Virus record (IMG/VR): IMGVR_UViG_3300043438_000976
Span: 36,027-100,026 of that record
Reading direction: 5' to 3' (one strand)
Length of the DNA: 64,000 bases
Source: a virus
Lineage: Duplodnaviria; Heunggongvirae; Uroviricota; Caudoviricetes
Shown: positions 52,036-60,023 of the stretch, one piece after another
Layout of the letters: each line of letters opens with the position of its first letter
Position numbering within the stretch: position 1 is the first letter of the stretch
The notes under the pieces: generated by a model
Told to the model about the DNA's origin: nothing
Seen by the model: only the letters and a program-made list of their open reading frames with translations
Database searches by the model: none
Made by a program: the position numbers and the translations under genes

Positions 52036-53453
52036 CCTCGATTTATTATTGTTTTTAATTTTTCTTTATATGTAGAAATAAAAGGATCTTTCCTTGCCAT
52101 TACTAACATAGCCCAATCTTTCCAACCGTATTGTTTAATTTCTTCCTTAGTATACCCTAATGAATAAAGCGAAGAAGTATAAAATCCAGTCATAGGCCAA
52201 GTCGGTTGCAAGATATCATTAAACTCGTGTGATAGTGCTTCGTGCAGTTCGTGATTATTTTTGGGGTCTCTAGTATCTTCCCACCCCATGACTTCTGCAT
52301 CTCCAGATTGATCGTCAGAATTTTTCCAATATGCTTTCTTTTTTAGAAAAAACTTTTCGGGATTATTTGCAAACTCAGATTTTGGCAATATGACAAGTCC
52401 TCGAAAATATCCTCTTATAAAATTATTCTCTTTAATCCAATCTACTGTTGATCTAAGATGGGGTATATCTTCTCCAGGTAGTCCTGAAATAAAACTTGCT
52501 TCGATACCTACTTGATTTTTCCAGAGATCATTGTGTAATTTAGGTAAGTAATCTTTTCCGTGTTTAGCATTCCATCCCTTTCCTACCTTTCGAGCAGCTT
52601 CTGGATGAAAACTCTCCATGCCAAAGTATACCTGGTCTACTCCGCTTTCCAACATTAGATTGTGATTTTCATGGCTCCATATCAAATCTGCACGTACAAA
52701 GCCAGACCATCTAATTTTATAATCAAGTTGTTTGTTTATATTAGCAATCTCAGCTATCTTATCTTGATCTTCGTTGCAGGTATCGTCTAAGAAAACATAG
52801 TTAGTAGTTCCAAATACATCTCTGTTTCGTAGCATTTCATTTAATAAGTATTCAGGTTTCCTAATATATGACCCTTTAGATTTACCTAGATTTGGATACG
52901 TACAGAAACTGCACTTAAAAATACACCCTCGACCTAATTCTATAGGAACTGCTTCATCGGGCATAATACAATCATCTTCGTGAAATGTATGATCGTTTTG
53001 AGTTATATCAAAAACAGAATTTGGCAATGCTACTCCCATACTCTGTTCTTGACACCATTTTAGAAATTGGTCTTCACCTTCCCCGACAAATGCACGATCT
53101 AACATCTTGTAATTGTTAGAGTACGGCCCACCTCCTACAATTGGAAGATTTGGAAATTTCTTTTTAAAATACTGTATTGCTATCATAATAGCCCCGGGCG
53201 GATAAGAACTATCTGCGTTCCAAAATACTGTAGTGAGTGCAATACAAACAGTGTCTTTAGTTATTAAAGGCTCTGTAAATTCAATAATTTCTTTAGCAGT
53301 AAAATGTTGTAAGAAATCTATAACCTGACATTGAAATCGATTCTTCCGCATCCAATGAGCTAACGCATATGCGGCCATTGGACGCTGCATAGTTGGCAGT
53401 TTTTCGTAAGTAAAATTCGGCCAGACACCGCTCCAAAATATTATATTTCTCAT
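52026..53453 (-). CDS. Cobalamin-binding radical SAM enzyme
   Basis: AAYALA...QVIDF...VGGGP; ELGRGCIFKCSFC; DDTCNE; FGMES. Confidence 0.88.
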   Translation of the reverse strand: MRNIIFWSGVWPNFTYEKLPTMQRPMAAYALAHWMRKNRFQCQVIDFLQHFTAKEIIEFTEPLITKDTVCIALTTVFWNADSSYPPGAIMIAIQYFKKKFPNLPIVGGGPYSNNYKMLDRAFVGEGEDQFLKWCQEQSMGVALPNSVFDITQNDHTFHEDDCIMPDEAVPIELGRGCIFKCSFCTYPNLGKSKGSYIRKPEYLLNEMLRNRDVFGTTNYVFLDDTCNEDQDKIAEIANINKQLDYKIRWSGFVRADLIWSHENHNLMLESGVDQVYFGMESFHPEAARKVGKGWNAKHGKDYLPKLHNDLWKNQVGIEASFISGLPGEDIPHLRSTVDWIKENNFIRGYFRGLVILPKSEFANNPEKFFLKKKAYWKNSDDQSGDAEVMGWEDTRDPKNNHELHEALSHEFNDILQPTWPMTGFYTSSLYSLGYTKEEIKQYGWKDWAMLVMARKDPFISTYKEKLKTIINRGWR

Positions 53454-53504
53454 ATAACGTATTTAAACAGTTTGGTAACCTATGTTAACTTTTCTATAAG
53501 CTAG

Positions 53505-54428
53505 TTAATCTGGTCGCTGAAAGTATTTCAAAGATACTTTAGAACTTTTTAATTCTTTAATAAATTCAAAGTAAGGAATAAGCACAGCAGTCTTTCTATA
53601 CAAATTTCCAACAGTTAGTTTTAATTCAGGATTAGATGGTTCGTTTTTCATAAAAGGAACATTTTCCCATCCGCCAAACTTTGGGAAGTATAATAATTCG
53701 TCTTTCCAATACTTTCCATAAATTATTGGTTTAATATAATAGTCCCATCTATCTACACTATCTAAGTGAAAGTTTTCCTTGCACAGCCCATTTCCGTCAA
53801 AATATCTATGAGTATGCATTGCCGATTGATAAACATCATCATTTAAAATACTATAAAGAAATTCTGATGGATCTCCGTAAGGTATATACTTTCCTTTTCT
53901 TTTTAATAACTCCATTGATCGCATTCTCGCTACCTCGGGACTGTGATATCCTTGATAAAAATAAAACTTATTGTCCGGAGTAATATGTACAAATGGATCA
54001 TGAATCATTTGAATGACATCGGCGTCGTCAGGTAAAAGTCTAGTAAAAATACTCTGCATTACTTGCACAGGATGGATACATTGATCCTGTGCAATTTTCA
54101 TTACTTGTTCCTCGTACTGTATCGGATCTAAATCAATAATATCGATGCGTACACCGTACTTCTTCTTAACTAATTGCAATTGTTCGTATTCTATATCATT
54201 ATACCCCGGCATATAATAAAATACACAGTCGAGCGGAATGCCTTGAGTAAAGAAACTGTGTAATACACTCTGACTATCAACACCCGAACTCATTCCTAAA
54301 ATCAACTTGTGATGATTTTCTGCAAGTTTTCGAGCCCTTCTATCTGACTCTTCTCGCATGTTTCCTGGCACCCTAGTTAATGCTGGGAATTCTACATAAA
54401 ATTGATTGTTTTCGAAGCCGTAGTTCAT
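53505..54428 (-). CDS. PP-loop family protein (paralog of 47075)
   Basis: ILGMSSGVDSQ motif. Confidence 0.65.
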   Translation of the reverse strand: MNYGFENNQFYVEFPALTRVPGNMREESDRRARKLAENHHKLILGMSSGVDSQSVLHSFFTQGIPLDCVFYYMPGYNDIEYEQLQLVKKKYGVRIDIIDLDPIQYEEQVMKIAQDQCIHPVQVMQSIFTRLLPDDADVIQMIHDPFVHITPDNKFYFYQGYHSPEVARMRSMELLKRKGKYIPYGDPSEFLYSILNDDVYQSAMHTHRYFDGNGLCKENFHLDSVDRWDYYIKPIIYGKYWKDELLYFPKFGGWENVPFMKNEPSNPELKLTVGNLYRKTAVLIPYFEFIKELKSSKVSLKYFQRPD

Positions 54429-54443
54429 GATGATATTTAAGTC

Positions 54444-54470
54444 AAAAAAATACCCGCCGAAGCGGGTATT
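54444..54470 (-). terminator. Rho-independent terminator after the vWA/TROVE-like gene
   Basis: AATACCCGC-TTCG-GCGGGTA followed by a T7 tract on the minus strand. Confidence 0.9.
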
Positions 54471-54485
54471 GGATCTACAATCCTA

Positions 54486-55901
54486 TTACAGATCGTAGCG
54501 TGGAACCATGATGGTTTTCATCATAATGCCTTCTGGAGTGAATTGTTCAGTGTCCGCACTCAAGACCGCTTTCACGATGCTTGGGCTAAAACCACTAACC
54601 AATGCCGCTCCACGTGTGTCATATTTGACAGGCACGTTGTCGCTAGCGTTCAAATTCCAGAATACAATGTTTGGAACATCGTATCCGGCGTCTGTGAACT
54701 TACGCTTGATCATCTGCATAGCAGAGTCATCGTACTTTGCACAGGCGTCAAACTGCATGTCGCTCAAGATCAACAGCATCTTTGGCATGTCTTCTTGTGG
54801 AACAGCACCATTAACAGCTACACTAAGGATCTTGTCCATAGCCTTAACCAAGTTAGTGTTCATATCCCACTTAGACTTAACCATTTGTTCAGCCTTTTGA
54901 ACCACATTACCCTTCAGAGTCAACAGTTCTGGTGAACCGCTAAATGTTAGGAATGTGTCCTTGAACACACCTTTGTTCTTATCAGCAAGGTACAAGCCCA
55001 AGCTGACAGCAACATCCATACAAGAGAAAGAACTTCCCTTACCTGCTGGTGTGCTCATAGAGCCGCTAACGTCTACCAATGGTAGGATGCTAGCATCACC
55101 GACAAAGTTAGGCAGTGCTTCCCACTGTGCTACAATGTGGTCCAGTTCTGTCTTGTTGAACTTGACACCACCGTAGTGGTTGATCACGCCCTTCAAGACA
55201 TCGTATGGGTAAACAGCTCCGGCGTTAACCTTGACACCTGCTTCACCCTTAGCCAATTTAGCCACGTATTCCGCAAACTTTTCAGTATGACGGCCGAAGG
55301 CCTTCTTGTAACGTGCTGCCGCAACGGATGGCACGTGGTTGAAGTTGATGTTATCCCAGTCGTTGGCACACATTTGTGTTTCAACAACTGTAGTCATTGC
55401 TACCAATGACTTACGGTATTGCTTAGGAGTCATACCAAAGAAATCACGGATTTCTGCGGCGACTTTACCCTTACGAGGAGTCCACTTTGCAGCCAAGCCA
55501 TTGCGAGCACGAAGTGCATCGCCTAGCAGTGTGAAAGCCTTAGCCTTCAATGCTTTGGACTCAAATACAAACAAGTCGTCCCAACGACCAAGTTCTGGGA
55601 TCTTGTCCATCAGCACTTCTGCGGCTGCTGGATCGTGCTTTTCCAGATACTTTAAGATGCTACGGAACAGTTCACGTTCACCGGAACCTCCACGAACGTC
55701 TCGTGCCCATTGTGCAACACGCAGGGCTAGATCTTTGTCTTCCACATACGCGGCAACAAAGTCCTTAGTGATGTCCTTACCACGGCTTGCACCGATCTTG
55801 AAGAACAGATCAACTACTGCGTTGGCAGTAGATTTGCGAGCCTTCATGCCATTGGCAGTACGGGCTTCTTGGTTTTTAACGGCTTCTACAAATGCGTTCA
55901 T
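54486..55901 (-). CDS. TROVE/Ro60-like helical repeat plus vWA protein (DUF2828-type)
   Basis: ARDVRGGSGERELF, PELGRWDD, AAKWTPR, MIDAS DVSGSM...TFS...LSDMQFD, IVFWNL, SGFSP; AAGGA SD before the ATG at 55901. Confidence 0.85.
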   Translation of the reverse strand: MNAFVEAVKNQEARTANGMKARKSTANAVVDLFFKIGASRGKDITKDFVAAYVEDKDLALRVAQWARDVRGGSGERELFRSILKYLEKHDPAAAEVLMDKIPELGRWDDLFVFESKALKAKAFTLLGDALRARNGLAAKWTPRKGKVAAEIRDFFGMTPKQYRKSLVAMTTVVETQMCANDWDNINFNHVPSVAAARYKKAFGRHTEKFAEYVAKLAKGEAGVKVNAGAVYPYDVLKGVINHYGGVKFNKTELDHIVAQWEALPNFVGDASILPLVDVSGSMSTPAGKGSSFSCMDVAVSLGLYLADKNKGVFKDTFLTFSGSPELLTLKGNVVQKAEQMVKSKWDMNTNLVKAMDKILSVAVNGAVPQEDMPKMLLILSDMQFDACAKYDDSAMQMIKRKFTDAGYDVPNIVFWNLNASDNVPVKYDTRGAALVSGFSPSIVKAVLSADTEQFTPEGIMMKTIMVPRYDL

Positions 55902-55913
55902 TTTCTTTTCCTT

Positions 55914-55983
55914 CAGGTTAAATGTGGGCTTTGTTGTTCCCACGGGTTTTAATGATACAATTTAAAATTGCTGTAATTAACCT
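55914..55983 (-). ncRNA. CAGCAA leader element, unit 3 (70 nt)
   Basis: AGGTTAA-TTA-CAGCAA ... internal hairpin GTGGG/CCCAC ... TTAACCTG, immediately before the SD. Confidence 0.65.
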
Positions 55984-55991
55984 AACTACAA

Positions 55992-56246
55992 CAGGATGGC
56001 TGAGACGGATTTTTATTTTCTGCTTACCCCCATCCCCAGTATATCGGTTCAAGTCTCGCAAGCCTAGCATACAATTCATGTCGCCTAGATTGTGTTGTGT
56101 CTGTACAATCATCATACAAAGTCTTTCCAATGTGTCGTCTATTCCTTCGAGTCTAGTTTCCTAGAACAGTATTTCTACTGTGTCCTGCGACCATCTTCTA
56201 TAGCAGTTAGTTCAGAGTTTATTGTTTAAGTTGCTGAATCCATCCT
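55992..56246 (-). ncRNA. CAGCAA leader element, unit 2 (255 nt)
   Basis: AGGATGG-ATT-CAGCAA ... AAAATAAAA ... CCATCCTG; internal GAAA-capped hairpins (CAGTA-GAAA-TACTG, CTAG-GAAA-CTAG). Confidence 0.7.
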
Positions 56247-56255
56247 AGGATTTAA

Positions 56256-56420
56256 CAGGTTAGTTGTTGACTGCTTTTATTTTACACAGGCCATCACTCT
56301 GTGCTCGTTAGTCTTGCTTCAATAGACCCCTTCAACGCTCGGTGTTTTTACGCACTCTGCTCCAGTTTCTACCACAGTGTCTAACAGTTCATAGTTAATG
56401 AATGTTGCTGTACCTAACCT
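56256..56420 (-). ncRNA. CAGCAA leader element, unit 1 (165 nt)
   Basis: AGGTTAG-GTA-CAGCAA ... AAAATAAAA ... CTAACCTG. Confidence 0.7.
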
Positions 56421-56458
56421 AAAACTTCTTAGCTTGCATTACTGCTTGCTATGTATTA

Positions 56459-56487
56459 ATTATATACTAATTAACTCTTGTTGTCAA
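56459..56487 (-). promoter_or_regulatory. Sigma70-type promoter driving the RNA array and vWA gene
   Basis: Perfect TTGACA-17-TATAAT. Confidence 0.9.
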
Positions 56488-56518
56488 CAAATTTTTTAAG
56501 TTTGTTATCCAAAATGTC

Positions 56519-56608
56519 TGGCAGTGGGTAAGAGATTCGAACTCTTGTGCCGCTTTCGCAACCTGCACCTTTCCAAGATGTGCCAATAAACCGCTCTGGC
56601 AACCCACT
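56519..56608 (-). tRNA. tRNA-Ser(GGA)
   Basis: AGTGGGT/ACCCACT acceptor, long variable arm, TT-GGA-AA loop, G73, CCA. Confidence 0.9.
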
Positions 56609-56611
56609 ATT

Positions 56612-56839
56612 TTATCGACGCTTCGGTGCCCCAATACGACTGGCTTTGTTCCAATCGTATGCAACACCGTCCGGGCACTTGCCGTCTTTCACACTGTCAA
56701 CTCCGAACATGCCTACAATTTCAAAGTCAGGACCTTTAATTGTTACAAACATGCCAACAGTTTTGGCAAATATCATTGCGTCACTTAATGTTAGACATTC
56801 ATTTAATGTCAATTTATTTTTGCTTATTACTTTATACAT
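56612..56839 (-). CDS. Small hypothetical protein
   Basis: 75 aa between two tRNAs; ends CPDGVAYDWNKASRIG. Confidence 0.65.
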   Translation of the reverse strand: MYKVISKNKLTLNECLTLSDAMIFAKTVGMFVTIKGPDFEIVGMFGVDSVKDGKCPDGVAYDWNKASRIGAPKRR

Positions 56840-56880
56840 TGTTAATTTTACTTTCTTTTCTTACTCATCACAACAACGTT

Positions 56881-56955
56881 TGGTCCCACCAACAGGAATC
56901 GAACCTGTATCTGAGACTTAGGAGGTCCCCGTTCTATCCATTGAACTATAGCGGG
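56881..56955 (-). tRNA. tRNA-Arg(CCU)
   Basis: Cloverleaf with CT-CCT-AA loop, TTCGATT, CCA. Confidence 0.9.
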
Positions 56956-57465
56956 TTATAAAAACTTTTCTAATATTTTCTCTAATTCTAAATGATCCGA
57001 TCTTATACTGATAATATTTTTAAATTGATCTGTAGAATTTACTACAGTATGCCAATAATTGTACGCATCAAAAATACAACTGCCATTTTTCATACTCCAT
57101 TGGTCAACTAATTTTGCGTTATTTTCATCTAATAAAGGTATAGAACTTTTATGAAAATTTTGATGAAAGGTATTAGTTGTATCATTTATCTGGTCAAAAA
57201 TTTCTATCGAAACATCCTCATGACCTATTGGTGCTACTACTAATGACCAACGAACTCCCGTACCGTCTAGCCGTTGATCTTTATGTATTATGTCTTTCGA
57301 GTTTGGACTCAACCAAATAGAAAGGGTATATACATCATCGACTAAATCTTCCAATCCTAACATTTTTAAATAAGGCGAGGAATCTACAACACCCCAAAAA
57401 TTTCCAACATTTGGATTTAGATGATATGAAAATACGTTTTTTGTAGTTATTGGAATAAAATACAT
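56956..57465 (-). CDS. Cupin/Fe(II)-2OG oxygenase-like protein wedged between tRNAs
   Basis: IIHKD...FDAYNYWHTVVN; the ATG at 57465 avoids overlap with the tRNA. Confidence 0.6.
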   Translation of the reverse strand: MYFIPITTKNVFSYHLNPNVGNFWGVVDSSPYLKMLGLEDLVDDVYTLSIWLSPNSKDIIHKDQRLDGTGVRWSLVVAPIGHEDVSIEIFDQINDTTNTFHQNFHKSSIPLLDENNAKLVDQWSMKNGSCIFDAYNYWHTVVNSTDQFKNIISIRSDHLELEKILEKFL

Positions 57466-57469
57466 ATAT

Positions 57470-57544
57470 TGGCCGGCCATGCAGGAATCGAACCCACACC
57501 GCTTGTTTCGAAGACAAGCATGATATCCATTTCACTAATGGCCG
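57470..57544 (-). tRNA. tRNA-Arg(UCG)
   Basis: CGGCCAT/ATGGCCG acceptor, CTTGT-CT-TCG-AA-ACAAG, CCA. Confidence 0.9.
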
Positions 57545-57548
57545 CATT

Positions 57549-57622
57549 TGGTGCTCCAGGCTGGGAACGATCCAGCTTCTCATCCTTACCAAGGAAGTGT
57601 ACTGCCTTTATACTACAGGAGC
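57549..57622 (-). tRNA. tRNA-Thr(GGU)
   Basis: GCTCC../..GGAGC acceptor, TT-GGT-AA loop, atypical T-loop ATCGTTC, CCA. Confidence 0.8.
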
Positions 57623-57649
57623 AAATCTTTTTCTTTTAAATATACTTTA

Positions 57650-57678
57650 ATTATACAACATTATGGAAATTCAGTCAA
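57650..57678 (-). promoter_or_regulatory. Sigma70-type promoter for the tRNA cluster
   Basis: TTGACT-17-TATAAT; the -35 lies inside the start of the divergent QueC-like gene. Confidence 0.75.
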
Positions 57679-58283
57679 GGATAGATGGTAAACAGATCGT
57701 TGTGAATTTACAACAGAATACAGCTTACGGGTTAATGATGTCCGGAGGACTAGACAGTGCAGTATTGCTCTATCTAATGCTTAAAGATTGTCCTACTGCT
57801 AGCATCCAACCTTTTTATATTGCCAAACACGACGGCTCGTATGCGTACATTGACGGTATCATTGAGTACATAAATCTACTGTTTAATATTCGACTACCTG
57901 ACCCTATCAAAGTAGGGTCACCGGATATTCATCATACCCAGATTAATCAAACAGGCATTAGACATGTTCTAATAAAGTATCCAGAAATAGAAAAATTGTT
58001 TATAGGCATCAATCAAAATCCGCCACAACCTTGGGGAGATCCAAAATGGCAGTTTCCTAACAGGCCTATATCTAATAGTAATCCTAGAATAGAGATGCCT
58101 TTTATGATGCTGTACAAGACACACATAGTTGATCTTGTTGATCAACTTGAAATTCAGGCACTCGCAAATCTAACGCATACCTGTACTGAACAAGTAACAG
58201 GTAGATGTTTAAAATGTTTTCAATGTAGCGAAAGAATGTGGGCATATCAAACACTCGGTCTAACAGATCACGGTAAACTCTAA
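57663..58283 (+). CDS. QueC-like PP-loop ATPase
   Basis: MSGGLDS; C-terminal THTC...CLKCFQCSER zinc cluster. Confidence 0.75.
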   Translation: MEIQSRIDGKQIVVNLQQNTAYGLMMSGGLDSAVLLYLMLKDCPTASIQPFYIAKHDGSYAYIDGIIEYINLLFNIRLPDPIKVGSPDIHHTQINQTGIRHVLIKYPEIEKLFIGINQNPPQPWGDPKWQFPNRPISNSNPRIEMPFMMLYKTHIVDLVDQLEIQALANLTHTCTEQVTGRCLKCFQCSERMWAYQTLGLTDHGKL

Positions 58284-59155
58284 TCAGGAGTTTCGTAACT
58301 CCACTTCCAAGTGCGGCCGTCTTCCAATCCTAATTGTTCACATAGCTCGTCAGTAAACGTTCCGTCAACTCTTAAAGTATATCGAAATACTGGTTCTGGG
58401 TCAACTCCGTGGTAGTCGCGGTTATTAAAGAAGTAGCTACGAGCGTCACTATCTAGATAAATCTTTTTCTTAGCCTTTTCGTCCCAAATAAAACTAGGGC
58501 GACTTCCACTTGCAAAAAATAAATTGATATTGTGATCACTGTGTTCAGCCATAACACTGTCTCGATGTGTTACTACTCCGGCATTTGGGTAAGTTGTAAA
58601 AAATAAAACTCGACCAATTGTCTTAAACGGCAGTTGGTTAATGTACTCAACTACATTAGGAAACAATTTTGCAGCTTCGGTCCATTGCCCAAAGTCCTCT
58701 GTTTTCTTTCCAAAATCATTTTTCTTTAAGTACAATGCAAAGAACCACGGAATAACTGCACCCATGGCAAAATAAGCATATTTGTACATTGCCTGCATTT
58801 CTTTTCCGGGACTTCGATCAATAACTTCTTTAAGAGCTTCTCGATGCACTCCTGTTGGATCGTACTTATGCAGTTGCTGAAGCATCTCACTCCAACAATC
58901 GTGTCCACCAAACCTGGCAACTTCTTCTGGGGGTAATGCTCCGTAGGTCATCCCCATTTTATATTCTTCGTTTAATGCAAGACCTTTGCAACATTCGATA
59001 TGAAGTTTTTGGTCTTGACTGTGATCAATATATTTGTCCATTGACAAAATAGGGAGTCGATTCTTACCGACTCCCTTAATGCCGTATTCTGCATAAGGAT
59101 ACGACACTATATTCTGTGTGTGAAACTTTGAGGATGTGTGTTGCTGATCTTTCAT
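58280..59155 (-). CDS. Fe(II)/2OG oxygenase-like protein
   Basis: VVTHRD...YFFNNRDYHGV...RYTLRVDG. Confidence 0.6.
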   Translation of the reverse strand: MKDQQHTSSKFHTQNIVSYPYAEYGIKGVGKNRLPILSMDKYIDHSQDQKLHIECCKGLALNEEYKMGMTYGALPPEEVARFGGHDCWSEMLQQLHKYDPTGVHREALKEVIDRSPGKEMQAMYKYAYFAMGAVIPWFFALYLKKNDFGKKTEDFGQWTEAAKLFPNVVEYINQLPFKTIGRVLFFTTYPNAGVVTHRDSVMAEHSDHNINLFFASGSRPSFIWDEKAKKKIYLDSDARSYFFNNRDYHGVDPEPVFRYTLRVDGTFTDELCEQLGLEDGRTWKWSYETPD

Positions 59156-59622
59156 TAGTCTACACTTCTAAAAGTTCGCCAATCATCAATGTTTGGCTTT
59201 TCATCTGCATCATATGTCCAGCCTAATGACTTCATCATGCGATGCTTAACTAGTAAGTTAGGACTACGGAAGCGGCCAGTGTCTTCAAAGCCCATCATGA
59301 CTCCGAGTTCACACACAGCACCACTACGGCAAACACCTGCATAGCAATGAACAACCACGTTCATCTTATTTTCCAGTGCATGTTGCAGTAATCGAACAAG
59401 CTCTGCGGCCTGCTCATGACTACACTTCATAGCTTCTTCCAGCACCTCATCCTTTTCTTCGACGTCCAAAAATTCAAAATTGTGAATTTCTTTGAACTTG
59501 TGTGCAGGAGTAGGTCGCCAGCTTGCTGGATCAACAATGCTGATCAGCATACTGTTCTCACCTGCCTCGTGATGAAATCTCTTCGGAATATCATCTGCGG
59601 CTACATTTTCAATCCATGGCAT
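59155..59622 (-). CDS. Protein-tyrosine/dual-specificity phosphatase-like protein
   Basis: VVHCYAGVCRS (CX5R). Confidence 0.85.
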   Translation of the reverse strand: MPWIENVAADDIPKRFHHEAGENSMLISIVDPASWRPTPAHKFKEIHNFEFLDVEEKDEVLEEAMKCSHEQAAELVRLLQHALENKMNVVVHCYAGVCRSGAVCELGVMMGFEDTGRFRSPNLLVKHRMMKSLGWTYDADEKPNIDDWRTFRSVD

Positions 59623-59631
59623 GATTGCCTC

Positions 59632-59838
59632 CTAACATTCGATATCTATATTTCTGCCCTTGTCCAAATCTAAACGAAGATTTCTTGCTACTCGTTCTGC
59701 TATGATTTGATCAAGCCTACGTTCTTCAATTTTTTTTGCGTAATCTTCAGTTCGTTGTTTTTCCAAGCGAGTCTGATCCAGACGATATTGTTCTTGATTG
59801 TACTTTATAACACTTTGTTCTGCTCTTGATATTTGCAT
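59632..59838 (-). CDS. Small coiled-coil protein
   Basis: 68 aa, charged helix, ends DKGRNIDIEC. Confidence 0.6.
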   Translation of the reverse strand: MQISRAEQSVIKYNQEQYRLDQTRLEKQRTEDYAKKIEERRLDQIIAERVARNLRLDLDKGRNIDIEC

Positions 59839-60023
59839 TATATTTGCTCCGAATTTAGCCGTTCAATTTCGTTGGCGGCTTCTTCTAAGAGATCCGCAAT
59901 ACGATCCGGCTTGCCTTCTTCTACGCTTTTACGTCCTTGAATCTGTCTGCGGATCTCTGCTCGTTTACGTAAACGAAATATCAAGCTCTGTTCTGCAACA
60001 GGTAAATGGCCTTCATCTTTCAT
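59838..60023 (-). CDS. Small hypothetical protein
   Basis: RLRKRAEIRRQI..RKSV.EG.PDRIADLLEEAA.EI. Confidence 0.65.
   Translation of the reverse strand: MKDEGHLPVAEQSLIFRLRKRAEIRRQIQGRKSVEEGKPDRIADLLEEAANEIERLNSEQI

Noticed and set aside
34716-54428. Identification as a known polyyne/alkyne (Cay/Jam-type) or RiPP cluster
   Set aside because: I recognised no fatty acyl-AMP ligase, thioesterase, ketosynthase or precursor peptide in the window, so the product class is left open.
54508-55965. Several plus-strand ORFs over the vWA gene, including the 208-aa 55339-55965
   Set aside because: Antisense shadows in a GC-richer gene; no SD or recognisable motifs.
55918-56164. ORFs 55918-56130 (-) and 55922-56164 (+) in the long leader
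   Set aside because: Non-ATG or SD-less starts; they cut across RNA unit boundaries, and the covarying stems explain the region better.
55914-56420. CRISPR array or type III toxin-antitoxin repeat interpretation
   Set aside because: The units differ greatly in length (70-255 nt), share only short motifs, have no terminator before the gene, and there is no cas or ToxN-like gene.
56461-57622. HDV-like (theta) ribozymes at tRNA 3' ends
   Set aside because: The trailers run directly into CDSs, the next tRNA or an AT-rich promoter; I found no nested double pseudoknot by eye.
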